Assembly (NCBI RefSeq): GCF_036588685.1
Contig: NC_086375.1
Location: 7,998,001-8,062,000 of the forward strand
Origin: Mytilus trossulus
Lineage: Eukaryota
Length of the DNA stretch: 64,000 bases
Direction: 5' to 3'
This document shows positions 39,101 through 51,504 of the stretch, one piece after another (positions within the stretch are counted from its first letter, which is position 1; each line of letters starts with the position of its first letter). Under the pieces are notes generated by a model. That model ran no database searches and was not told where the DNA came from. It saw only the letters and a program-made list of their open reading frames with translations. The translations under genes and the position numbers were made by a program.

Positions 39101-42100
39101 TCTTTTTCTGAATCTTTTAAAATAGACTTAAATGGAAACAATGGTTACATTTTTATTGTATTTCTTATAATAACTATATCACATATATATCATGATACAT
39201 TATTTTAATTTTAAATACTTTACAAATAGTTGTTTTTTTATTTACAATATATGGTTTGGTCGCCATCACATCACTATTAATCTATCAGTAAAAGCAATTA
39301 ATTAATTTACTTTATTTTCTGCTCTTTATGAATGCTTTTATGACAACATCAATTACTGCTGCAACAATGAATATTAATAGAATATAAAAAGAACATCATA
39401 TTCCATTCTTCATATGGATTGTTTATGTTATGTCAAATATGGCATCATGTTAGATACATGTAGTTTTGAAAAATCTAAAATCCCCAAAAGCATTAAGTTG
39501 TTGAATTAGCAAATTAACCTCAAACAAGTAGCAAAATGGCATATTTACATACAGAATCCACATGTTAGCATTATAAGCAATATCCTTTAAATAACAAGTA
39601 CTTAATTCAATAACTCACATATTTTACTAATTGTTGACAATAATTAAGAATTTCCAATATAACTTTTCAAATTTTCTTTTACATTTGTAACCCTTGTGGG
39701 TCTTCCCTCAGCTGCACATTAAAAATAATTTGTCATAGAAACCCATTTATTTTTCAATAATCTTTTGTAACTTTCCAAAAAAAACAATAATTTGAAATCC
39801 CTATTATTACTAATACATATTTATCATGTTTATCATACATTTTAAATTATTTCTAACCATATATCTTTCAACGGAAAAGGATAAATGAATCCATTTTTGT
39901 CTCAAAAACTATGTAGACCTATCTGCAATTTTCTCAACTTTAGACAAATTAAACATTATCCATTAAACCCCACCATTTATGAAAATGTTTTGCTATGGAT
40001 TTCAAAGGCAGACATCCTTTATAATAAAATTGAGAAAGGAAATGGAAAATGTGTCAAAGCAACAACAACCTGACCATAGAGCAGAAAACAGCCGAAGGCC
40101 ATCAATGTAGCGAGAAAATCCAGCACCCAGAGGCATTTTTTTTAGCTGGCCCCTTAAAAAAATGTATACTAGTACAGTGACAATGGACGTCATAGTAAAC
40201 TCTGAATTATACACAAGAAACTAAAATTAAAAATCATACAAGACTAACAAAGGCCAGAAGCTCCTGACTTGGGACAGGCCCGAAATTGCAGCGGGGTTAA
40301 ACATGTTTATGAGATCTCAACCCTCCCCTATACCTCTAGCCAATGTAGAAAAGTAAACGCATAACATTAGGCACATTAAAATTCAGTTCAAGAGAAGTCC
40401 GGGTCTGATGTCAGAAGATGTAACCAAAGAAAATAAACAGAATGACAATAATACATAAATAACAACAGACTACTAGCGGTTAACTGACATTCCAGCTCCA
40501 GACCTCAATTAAACTCATTTTCAGTGATTGAAATATTATGTCTTCATCATATGAATATCAGACACAATTCCTCCTGTTAGGGGTTTAGTATAAAACTATC
40601 TTGCAAACTTGTAAAGGTTGCATTTCAATTCAATTTTTGCATTTTAAATAAGCAGCAGTTGATTTATAAGTGCATATATTTTAAGCATGGGTAGAATGTT
40701 TATGTGCTTTACAAGATTTCAAATATATCCACCTTGTGGCAGCGTTTCCATGGAGATATAGAATGATTGGATGACCTGAGTTTAACTTTAAGTCTGGGTT
40801 ATCTCCCCTTGTCTGTTGTGGTATAGTATGCCTACAGATATAAATTAAAACCAATATAATAAAACACCTTGTTCCTGCCCTTCCATGAAGGTATAAAATA
40901 ATGGGGTGTCCTGAATCCAGCTGACTTGATTCACTTTCTAACAAATCTGCTGGTAATGTTTGCCTTCAATAAAACAAAATAAAGTACTAACTGATAAGCA
41001 ATCCTGAAGAATATATATTGTTTTCTACATCATTTTCTTGAACACCAATGGCCAGAAGAAATTCAGATAAAACTTAATTGAAAGTCATATCTCAATCACA
41101 GTGAGGTTGTTGTTCCATAATTAACGTTACTCATTTGTCTTTTAAAAGTTATACAACACATGTGTGGATAATGCTATTAAACTGTTAAAAACTCCATTCA
41201 AATAACCTTTTGTAATACTGGTAGTAGTTATTTTTTTTTTTTAAATAAAGGATTATAAATAGACAATAATTTGTCATCTCAATAACTTACCAAGCACCTA
41301 ATGTAACTTTTTCATTGACTTTGATGTAGAAATTCTTACAGCCTTTGATTCCTCTCTTGTCTGGACGCTTCAGGTCAACAAAATAGGGAAACTTTACTAA
41401 ATTAAAATTAGAAAAACGTAAAATAATATTTATATATAACAACAAACTTAACAACAGCCATACAGTACATTAAAATTATTTTCATTTACTCCTTGAGGCA
41501 TGAGTTCATAATCTGGTATAAGTGACAATTAAATACCTTGTTCACTACTGTCTTCACGATTGTCAACAAATTTTTCATGCATTTTCAAGATAAGGTTTTT
41601 GTGTGGAATAATTTGCTAACAACAGAAACATGATAAATCTTCCTGAACCTCTATCGCTATTCCAAATTGAAATCTAACAATAATAATATTATACAAATAT
41701 ATCATGCTTACAAGGGGTATTTGCCAAAAATACCGGTTGAGAGGTACAAATTTCCAGAGCTGATAGGCGAGGGAAATTTTATTACCTCGAAACAGGTATT
41801 TTTGGCAAATACCCCTTGTAAGCATGATATAATTGTTTAATTCCACCGAATGTTCTACCTTAGTGAGTTTATTATTATCAAGTATCATAAGGAATTTCTA
41901 CTTGAAAGTATATTGTTTGTATGTATTCACTGCAGCTGTGCTATTTGCGCAGTCAAATTGCATTGGTCGTATAATCATTTCTTATCATATTTTTATGTAT
42001 AGTTACTAGCTGACCTTTTTATGATAATATGCTGGTTCTCGGCTGACTACTACACTTAGTTCATCAGTTTGAGTGAAACGTAATATTAGTGGATTCCAGT

Positions 42101-44812
42101 TTTATGTGACCCGTTGACAAGTCATTTTCGTTGAGTTTTATTTATGACGTCATTAAAAGTACAGACTCGCGGAATTTTTACTTCATTCAATAATGATGCT
42201 TTTTATCCTTAATATTTCATCTGGAACTGTATATTTAGAATGACCATCAATTTGTCATATTAGAATAGAAATAATGCATTAAGTTGTTTTTAGACATGGT
42301 ATTCCCCTTCTGCCATGGTATTTGCTAGGGTATTCCCCATCTGCCATGGTATTTGCTAGCAAATACACCGGCACATGGAAATCCCTAATGACAAATACCC
42401 CGGCAGAGAAAAGAAAATCTCAATTCATAGAAATTGGTAAAAAATACAATGTTTCTCATCCAATCAAAATACAGCATTATTACATAAGGTGGAATTAAGA
42501 CAGAAAGACCACAAATTTTGAAAGTAAAAATTGTATACACATATATGTACATGCATTGAAAGCCAAAAAGACTGGTCAGAACAATCTTACTTAAGGTCCA
42601 CCTGAGCAAATATGTAGCTGGCATATTGTTGAAGCTTGCAACAATCTTTAGAAGTTGGTCTTTTTTTCTATAGTTCTTCATTTGTGAGAGAAACTTATTA
42701 ATTTGTCCATAGGCCTCTAGTGCTTATATTTAGCAAGTTTAAACAAATGAGACATGGTACTGAACTTGAGGAGCTTTTTGTTTAATAAAAATATAATGTA
42801 GATTTAATATGCTTCTAGTCCTATCTACTGTAAATTCATTAATTATTGCCAGGTTTTTATTATTGCGAAAAATGTGATAGAGTTGTAAAAGCAATAATTC
42901 AAACTCACATTTTGAAACATTTGATATGAATAAACAGGATTTTTCTCAAAATCGTAAAAATTAAAATCGCAACAATAATTAAATGCACGCAATAATTAAA
43001 TGCACGCAATAATTTCTGAAGTTACAGTATTTTGAAATACAGACATGAGTACAGTGTCATTTTACATTTTTTTGGTACTTTTACAAATACAGTAGAACCA
43101 GTATATTAAGAGCATGCAGAGGCTATAATTTAATAATGATTATGTTGTAAAACCCTTATATTCAGTAATTAAAGCCTTTATTATCATTATCATGACAGAT
43201 GATTGTAAATTCCAATGTAAAATTTAATTGACAGCTAACATTGGGAAGTGGAATTGGAGAAGAATGAAAACTACCAAAAATCTACATTATGGATAATTTT
43301 GAAATAAAGGTCACTATCAAACCTAATATCCTAATATCATGAATAATTCATAATTTTAATTTTCATATAACTTGCAAGTTTGGTTATATTTTATGTACAA
43401 ATATCTAGTTGATAGTTGTTAATGTTTGTGTCATGTTGGTCTTCTGTGGATAATTGTCTCATTGGCAATCATACCACATCTTCTTTTTTATATTCACAAT
43501 ACTTACAGAAATGTAAGAAGAGTATTTTAGAGAAGATCCATGGATTTGTCTTGACCAGTACTGGCACCACTACATACAGGACAAATAGAACAGCAGAGAA
43601 TGTCTTTGCTGCTGAGGTCAACCATGGCACATCAAACCTGAAACATACATGTAATAGACATTAGAGAATGTTTGTGCTGCTAAAGTCAATCATGGCACAT
43701 AAAACTGGTAAAACCTGAAAAAACACATACATGTTCAAGAAAACATTTAAATTAATATTTTGAAAAAAAAACTATTTAATTGTTTGACTTCCAGTTCTTT
43801 AAGTTAATATTGCAAGTCCATATCAAGAAAATGGAAGTGTTTTCTTTAATAACCTTCAACATGTTCATGATGACACGTCCCACTTAGATAGATTGTACAT
43901 GTTGTAATGGAATGTATGTATCATGGATGGATTTGTTTGCATATAAATATGAGTTTTAGGTAGCAATAGTGAATACAAAGTGTAGAGTTTGAGTTTCCTT
44001 TTTGGCCAGGGTAAAATTCTAAATATAAAATATATTGTATACATGTCCCATAATATTAAATTTAAGGCAGCTCACGATTCAAAGTTATTTAATATATTAA
44101 CATCAAGATTGTTTTTGGCATGTTTTATACATGTTGTAGTCCTTTTTCTTTTTATCATGTTTATAGAAAATAATAGTTTCATAACATTTTTATAAGATCA
44201 AACTTTTCATTTCAATGAATGGAAAATGATATGAAATGCATATGATTATTATTTGATCTTGTGATATAATAATATATACATGTACATGTAGTGTATATCA
44301 GGCGCGTTGCAACCTGTATGCAACAATGCAGTTACGTACACATTGAAAATTTCACAAAAATAAAAATACGGTAAATCTAGTAAGAATAAAACTAAAGTAA
44401 TGAAATTAATAAAAAAAAATACAAATATGTTAATGATCACTTTGCAGCTATATATTCTGTTTCGAAAACTAGTCTACCCTTTTCATTTATGAAACCAGCA
44501 TCGTGATTCTGCAGCTAAATTACGAAAGAAACGACCCAGACGTTTTGAACTCCTTGTATGCTTCTGCCGCAACTGTCAATACTGATCTGTCAATGCCCAA
44601 AAACCGTGGTGCCCAACGTAATAGGCCCAATGCACCAGCGCAAACCCCTTCTGAATACTGGAAACTGAACATGTAGATACATTTTTTGTACCTTTCGTCG
44701 ATCATTTGATAGCAGAGTTGAATACAAGACTTCTGACAGCAGAGTAGCGTTATGTCGCACAAAAGTTAATCCAAAAAAACATTGACCAACTTACTTTAGC
44801 TGTTGGGGACAT
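30133..44812 (-). CDS. ABHD12: Lysophosphatidylserine lipase ABHD12-like alpha/beta hydrolase
   Basis: Exons (minus): 44812-44795 and 44657-44524 (both tentative), 43637-43507, 41396-41291, [40963-40868 or 40831-40733], 38998-38922, 38378-38249, 37379-37342, 35370-35291, 34922-34843, 34405-34327, 34047-33914 and 30166-30133, with consistent phases. Motifs: TM anchor, PYFVDLKRP, PIILYLHG, DYRGFGDS, nucleophile WGHSLGS, LILESPF, LILHAADD, GYRH. Confidence 0.92.
31243..33542. mobile_element. DNA transposon remnant enclosing a satellite, in the last ABHD12 intron
   Basis: Inverted ends GTAGAGTGGGG / CCCCACTCTAC; no clear TSD. Confidence 0.5.
31750..33060. repeat. ~162-bp tandem satellite, about 8 copies
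   Basis: gccatggtattttgacccc recurs at 31854, 32016, 32178 and onward. Confidence 0.9.
35392..36688 (-). mobile_element. Non-autonomous Helentron-like element with ~145-bp internal repeats
   Basis: Repeated tgaaccatgaaaatgaggtcaaggtc unit and terminal hairpins; a sister copy lies in the opposite orientation at 49015-50127. Confidence 0.75.
37538..37661. mobile_element. Small mariner-type MITE
   Basis: TA-CTGTAAACCAAC...GTTGGTTTACAG-TA. Confidence 0.75.
37935..38165 (-). mobile_element. Retrozyme-like repeat with a degenerate hammerhead (37974-38018)
   Basis: Minus strand GCGTCA-CTGATGA-GTC...-GACA-TGCGTG-TC-TGGCGT: GAAA is changed to GACA and stem II has a mismatch. Confidence 0.6.
40024..40590. 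repeat. Interspersed SINE-like repeat
   Basis: aaaattgagaa.ggaaatgg..aatgtgtcaaag...accatag...gctggcccct; other copies at 55875-55980, 58480-58845 and 59470-59635. Confidence 0.7.
41699..41830. repeat. Near-perfect ~130-bp palindrome, probably the terminus of an element extending to about 42500
   Basis: atatcatgcttacaaggggtatttgccaaaaatacc...ggtatttttggcaaataccccttgtaagcatgatat. Confidence 0.85.
42828..43027. mobile_element. Mariner-type MITE
   Basis: TA-CTGTAAATTCA..AATTATTGC ... GCAATAATTTCTGAAGTTACAG-TA; a related copy lies at about 52340-52785. Confidence 0.7.
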
Positions 44813-44929
44813 AATCTTTAATGAATATGCAGATGATGCCCATGTTACATAAGACAAATTTCGATCTGAAATTCAGAGATGGTTAGCAAAATGGACTGGA
44901 GATTTTGATAACATCCCTAGCAACCTGCA

Positions 44930-45250
44930 GGAAAAATTTTTAAAATGTTTTAAACCCAGGAATCTTTCAGATACTTTTAAAGTATTTGCATTTATGCCGG
45001 TCTGACGGCAACGGCAGAACAGTCTTTTAGTTCTGAGAAGAGTGAAGACCTACTTGAGAAATACATTTGAAAAGGAATCCTTTATCCGGACTCGGTCTAT
45101 TGAACATATACTGAGAAAATTAAAGCAGACACGGTTTTGAACATCTTTAGTAGAAAAAAAGAAAGGAAATGGCAGTGATTTTTCAGAATTAACTTTGAGA
45201 GAAAAAAGCTGAAAAACACTGCTTGTTCACTCATAAAATAAAACATAAGA
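44930..45250 (+). pseudogene. hAT transposase C-terminal dimerisation-domain remnant
   Basis: Frameshifted MPV/TATAEQSFS/LRRVKTYLRNT/GLGLLNI. Confidence 0.65.
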
Positions 45251-46368
45251 TATGTGATTCAAATTTTTATTTACGTATTTTCTCAATAAAAAAAATACCA
45301 TTTAGGTTGCACAGTGTTGGCTTAGAAATTAGTTTGTGTTCTATTGTAAAGTGGGATCAGCATGATTAGGTAACAAATAAAATATACCTAATCAAGCTAT
45401 TTTAACCCACTACACATAAGAAAAAAAATTGTTAAACGCAGTACAGGTTTCTTTGTTTTTCTCTGATTATTTATTTCCAAAGTTGACTTGTTTCTCCTGA
45501 AAGTAAGATTTCTGTGAGGTCATTTTAAGTCCTCGGAAATTGTGAGAATGAAGGATTTTGCAGTATTTACCCCAGAGCTCAGGGGGCCTTAAGCGGCACC
45601 CATACCCTCTGCCGTATGACTTCCTTCTCCTGCATTGCGTTCACATCATTTTATACAGTATCAAAATTGAGTTCCTGAAATTTTCATCTGCCTTGTAACA
45701 TACATTATACAGGTCATTGATTCGAGTCCCAGTGGAGACATGCAATTTTGAAAGAAGAATCATGCTCTCTGGTTACAGGTATAAGGCATTACTACCCTCA
45801 TGAACATTAATCCTAATTTGCTTGAAAACAAGGGAAAGAGGGTGATTCAAAATTGGTTCGATATTAATTTTTTATCCTAACTGTGTATTGTCACCAAGGG
45901 CAAGGATTTGTATATGACGTATATCATTATGGATATAGTAAGAATTAAAGAAATACAAATCCTTGTTGTCACCAATGGCACGAGTATTCAACATTAGCAG
46001 ATGGTAGCAGTCCAAATGTTCGGTTTGAAATAGAAAGATAAAATATAACAAGTACAGTGTTACAGCATATAAAAATTTCTTAGTCTAAAAATTCTGGCTT
46101 AAAATCCTTACATTTTGACGTTCCAGATTTTGAAACGGGAAGATCGGAAATGATGTTAATTTTTTACGAAGTCGGAAAAACTAAGGGAATCCGGTTTATA
46201 AACATGATATAGCTTTACACATACATCCGGCAACCTAATTACATTATCAATTATTATTTAAATAGAAATATTCTATAAATTACCATAAATTTAATCTTTC
46301 AAGTAGAAGTTTAAACAATCGAAGTAAATTGCAGAGTTGGTCCGCATTTGATTCTCAAATTCTATAAA

Positions 46369-46905
46369 ATGGCGGGAGAAGGAGAAACTGTGGAAATCAT
46401 AACAGAAACAATAGCACAAAAAGATGAGACAGACATTAGTCATTTAAAGAACAGTGATGAAAATAAAACAACAAACTTAGAAAATGAATCTTTATCAGAA
46501 AAAGATGTATCAGATAATATTCCTGCAATCGAGAATGGCACTCATGAAGAAACTGAAACAAATGAAGATCAAGAAGAAATATTAGAACAAAACTCTAGCA
46601 CACAAGATCAAAATGAACCTTCAGGGACTAGCGAATCTAAGTCACCTAACTCAAATGAACGTTTAATGCGACTGCCATTATCCCGCATAAAGGTGATAAT
46701 GAAAACCGATCCTGATGTTACTTTGGCGAGCCAGGAAGCAGTTGTCGCACTTTGTAAAGCAACAGAACTTTTTATCGGAGCAATTTCTAAAGACGCAGTT
46801 GTAACCACGTTAAACAGTAAAAGAAAAACATTACAAAGAAAAGACCTTGATGTAGTGCTTGATTCCAGAGATGGCTATGCCTTTTTAGAAGGAACATTAG
46901 ATTGA
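46369..46905 (+). CDS. POLE4: DNA polymerase epsilon subunit 4 (histone-fold), intronless
   Basis: ATG in aaaATGG context. C-terminal RLPLSRIKVIMKTDPDVTLASQEA...KRKTLQRKDLD...AFLEGTLD matches POLE4; the N-terminal extension is acidic. Confidence 0.95.
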   Translation: MAGEGETVEIITETIAQKDETDISHLKNSDENKTTNLENESLSEKDVSDNIPAIENGTHEETETNEDQEEILEQNSSTQDQNEPSGTSESKSPNSNERLMRLPLSRIKVIMKTDPDVTLASQEAVVALCKATELFIGAISKDAVVTTLNSKRKTLQRKDLDVVLDSRDGYAFLEGTLD

Positions 46906-48717
46906 CAAGTTCTTGTAATATAGACATGATAGAGTATAGGGGAATTATATGAACTGACAAATCAGTTTAATTCCATGAATCTGTGAGGGACAGTACAAAG
47001 ACAATTTGTGTGATTAATGAATGGGCAAACAACTATAGCTATATGCATATCAATCAATGTAACAGTTATTAACGTTCATTCAAGCTAAAGTCAATCATAT
47101 ATCTAAAATTCTTTTTTTTTGTGTTAATTCTTTTAACATTTCCATGTAAACATGTTCTACACATTTATATTTGTATTTACCGGTATATAAATTAATAAAT
47201 ACATACATGTAACAAAAATATGTTACTAGTGCAAACTGTACATCAAGACGGACTGTATGCCATGTTATGAATTTAATATGAAAATTAGAAGCTGTGGTAT
47301 GATTGCCAATGAGACATCTCTCCACAGATGTGTATTAAAGCTAGAAAACTGAACAGACATGACAGATACACTTACAAATGCATTTATATATAATAGTTTG
47401 TACCTCTTAAGTTATGAACTTGCTGAAAGAGTCCAAAATAAAAATGTGTGTACATGCACGACATGTGTGACAAGGTACTTAAAGAAATTTTAGTTTATAC
47501 AATTGTAACGAGGTTCATGTACTGTAAAATAAATAATATCTATACTTTAACTGTATTTTTTTGTTATTTATATAACTGTGGTTTAGTGGTAGGTGTACAC
47601 GTTAATTTCAAATGTGAGTTAATTCCCAAACTAAGGCTTGTAAAAAAAATGGTATACATTTGCTGCTTCTTTGCTTTATAGCACACAGTATTTAAAACTA
47701 AAAAAACAATGTTTAATAAGAGCAAATATAAAATGAGGTATGATTGCCAATAAGACAAATGACAAAGTAGTTAACAACTATACATGTAGGTCACTGTATG
47801 GTGCCTTCAACAATGGAGGATGAGAAAAACTTATACTGTATAGTTTAAATATCGTAAAACAATTTCAAACAATAAAAAGAATAGCCTGATTTATGTAAAA
47901 AACAATGAAAAAGATTTTTTTTATAGATATATAAAGCATCAAGTTACCCACTGAATTACAGGCTCCCGACTTTGGACATGCATCTACAGAATGTGACAGG
48001 ATTAAAATGTTTGTGGGTGCCCAACCCTCCCCTATCCTCAGCAGTGGTGTAACAGCACAACATATAAACAAACTATAAAAATCATCACCAGGCATGTTGG
48101 GTAGATACAAAGCAGAAAAACAAGTATCAAAATCACAAATCAGTTGTTGCAAGTACATTACCACAGCAAAAATAGCACCAAGCCAAGATCTGAAAGAATA
48201 ATAGACAGCTAGTTCAAAGCCATGAACAACTTGGAAAACAACTCATGTATCCAAGACTAAATTATCAATCAGTACACACCCAACATCCTATGGATTTAGT
48301 GTAAAAGTCAGCGAAAAACATAACCTTGTACAATGCCAAAATACAGGTATCAACAGATTGTAGAACTATGAATGTGTATATATTAGAATACAATAATATG
48401 TTGGGTTTAATTTACTCATAGCAAAAATCAATATTTATTATATAGCAATTATAAACAATGTTTAAAGATCTTACATGTCTTATTGCAGTGTTGATTGGTA
48501 ACATTTTTAGAATATTTTTTTTAAGAGCATTGATAAGTTTACCTTATCTAACATGTCTAAATTTCTAGGGTTGGCTTAATGAATAGTGTCTCTGTTTTTG
48601 TTAATTTACTTTTGATATTTCTTCCATTAGACTGTTACCTTGCAATTGTTAAATACATGTAACACATTAAAAAGTCTGATTCAGCTTGTTGGCCTAGTCC
48701 AAAGAGAGATTCAGATC

Positions 48718-48907
48718 CACAGGCACTCGTCTCAGAAAAAAAAATCCTATACTGTGGATTCATTGATATTCTTTGGATACCAATTTTCATGAATTTCATG
48801 GATACAAGAGAACCACGAATTCAACTGTTCAACGAATTACAAAATTTCTAAAGGAATGACTGTAGACTTGTATATAGGATTTTTTTTTCTAAGACGAGTG
48901 CCTGTGT
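48718..48907. mobile_element. MITE
   Basis: TIR CACAGGCACTCGTCT.AGAAAAAAAA.TCCTATA at both ends, inverted. Confidence 0.75.
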
Positions 48908-49014
48908 TCAAATCACATCAACAAGTTCTTGTGCTATATGCAGGACCTTCATCAAATATGTAAAAGTACTGGTACCATCTTAACTGGAGGGAAAAACAAT
49001 TCTTCTGAGAGTAA

Positions 49015-50127
49015 TTTTTGTTAAAGAAAGCTTAGCATAGGGATAGTAATCAGGCGACATCAACTAACTTCTTTAAAGCTTTATTTTTTAGAAAGTGAAA
49101 GACCTGGATTCTTCACACTTTGTATATAGGTGTCTCATGCTAGGAAGTTTCTGTCTGTCACATGTCCATTGTCCTTGACCTCATTTTCCTGGTTCAGTGA
49201 CTACTTTAGATTTTTTTGCATTTTTATTTCTCTCTATTTTGAGTAATAGGATAATTATATCAATTATTTGGTACAATGTATGTGCATACCTTGCAAGGTC
49301 CTCATACCTGTCAGACAGTTTTCACTTGATCTCCACCTCATTTCATTGATCAGTGAACAAGGTTAAGTTTTGTGGTCAAGTCCCTATCTCAGATATAATA
49401 ACCAATGGTGTATAGAAGAATTGGAAGGTGTACTTGTCCATCTGACCATGACCTCGTTTTCATGGTTCAGTGGTTAGAGATAAGTTTTGTGTTTTGGTCT
49501 GTGTTCCTTATTCTGCATGCAAAAGGTTTTCTGTATTTGGTGTATGAAATGGTTGTAAGGTGTACATGTTCAACTGACAGGTGTCATCTGACCTTGACCT
49601 AATTTTCATGGTTCAGTAGTCAAAAGTTGTTTTGAGTTTTGGTCCTTTTTATTCATACTTTATGCAATAGATTAACTATTTGGCGTATGGAAATATTTAA
49701 TGATGTACATATCAGTCTCAAAGTGTTTATTTGACCTTGACCTCATTCTGACAGTTTATTGTTCAGTGTAAAATTGTTGTGTTTTGATCTGTTTTTCTTT
49801 AAACCATAACTAGTAGTTCAACTATATTTGTTGTATGGAAGGATTGTAAGCTGTACATGTCTGCCTTGAAGCTTGACCTCATTTTCATGGTTAATTAGTC
49901 AATGTTTAGTTTTATTGGTTTAGTCTGTTTCTGATAAAGTGTACGCAAGAGGTCAACTATATTAAGATGTACAGGATTGCTTGTTTGGTTTAAATGACCT
50001 TGAGCTCACTTTTCTCTGTATCATGTTAAGTTTATTTTATAGTTGTAGTAAAGCTTTATATTTAGGACTATCAACATAATATCAGTGGGTAGTAAAGGTG
50101 AGACATTTCAGTGTGTACACTCTTGTT
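49015..50127 (+). mobile_element. Helentron-like element, sister of 35392-36688
   Basis: Reverse-complement similarity (gaccttgacctcattttcatggttca units; ends with cactcttgtt). Confidence 0.7.
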
Positions 50128-51310
50128 AGAATTTAGGACTGCAGAAAAGATTTTTTTTTTTAAATGCTTTTTGTCTTTTATTAAATAGTCAAGATAAGGT
50201 CCAACCAACTTGATTAGCATCTATCCTATAACACCTGTATGTAGTTGATATTTGTGTGACAATCCAAAATAAGGCATATGGTGCTTTTATGAATTTACCT
50301 GAGAACTGTCGTAGATATTTCCACTGCATTCTTCCTATATATACATTTTGAAGTTTTCTCACAATGGTAAAATTTACTTCCTTTTCAACACCCTTCTTTA
50401 TTTATCCTTCTGTCACAATTTCAGGCATTCAATGGAGACATCTGTTCAATTTCAAGTTTCATCCATTATATTTTGAAGGAAGTTTTTGGTTCATCTTTAT
50501 TTTAATATGTCTATTACTTTAATACCTTAAGCTTGTACCTGTATAGACATCTTATTAGCAAAGTTGATAACTTTTTGAACATATATTTTCTTTGCAATAT
50601 TGAATCGCATGAACAATGAAATTGCTATCTTTGTTTTAAAGTTGTATGACTTTAACTTACCAGTTTTCAAATCAACATATTTAAGCAAGATGCCAAAAGA
50701 TCAGAACAAAATTCGAACTTGATCTGTAAATTGTCATGATAAAACAATATGACAATATCAAAGTTAATATCCTCAAGGATGACCAAAAAAGTGCAAGAAA
50801 CTGATTATTTGAGTGAATATTCTTAGTCCAAGTACTTGTCTTAGTGTAAAGTTGTATTGTTGTTGGGCATATAAAAAATAGACAACTTCAAGTAATTAAA
50901 TCAATATAATTTTATTTCAAAATTAACAGTATTAATCTCTGAATGACGATAAAAAGACTGGCATTGTGGAACAAACTTTTTTTTCTCTTTACATTATTTC
51001 TCATGGTTTCAGTTCAATTGTCAGAATCAGTAAAACAGCATTTCAGGCTTATATAGCTCAATTTGGTTATTTAAGTTCAATTGTGATTATCTCCCTTAGA
51101 ATTTGTAGAGTAAAATTTTTATTTAGCAGAAATAATTAAAGAAGAAATACTTTAAATTCTACTAATTTTTTACCTTTTCATGAAAACACAATTCTAACAA
51201 AACTTAATAAATGTCAAGCCATTGGACTATTTTTCTTTAGAACCCTGTTAAGTTATGCACTGTCATGCCTGAACATTTTAAAGGGAGATAATTCTTGTAT
51301 ATCCTGATTA

Positions 51311-51504
51311 GGGCTGTTCCAGAAAATACTATGTCCCCCCCGGGAAGGCAATTTTTTTAAATATTATGTGAGTGGTTGTATTTGAAATACCAAAATGCAA
51401 AGGGAGTGCTGTTCTAATTAAATTTTATTTCTGTGGGTGGTGGGGGTTAAAAAAGTGCCGTCCCTGGGGGGGGGGGGGGGGCATAGTATTTTCTGGAACA
51501 GCCC
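51311..51504. mobile_element. PIF/Harbinger-type MITE
   Basis: TIR GGGCTGTTCCAGAAAATACTATG with a TTA target duplication. Confidence 0.85.
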
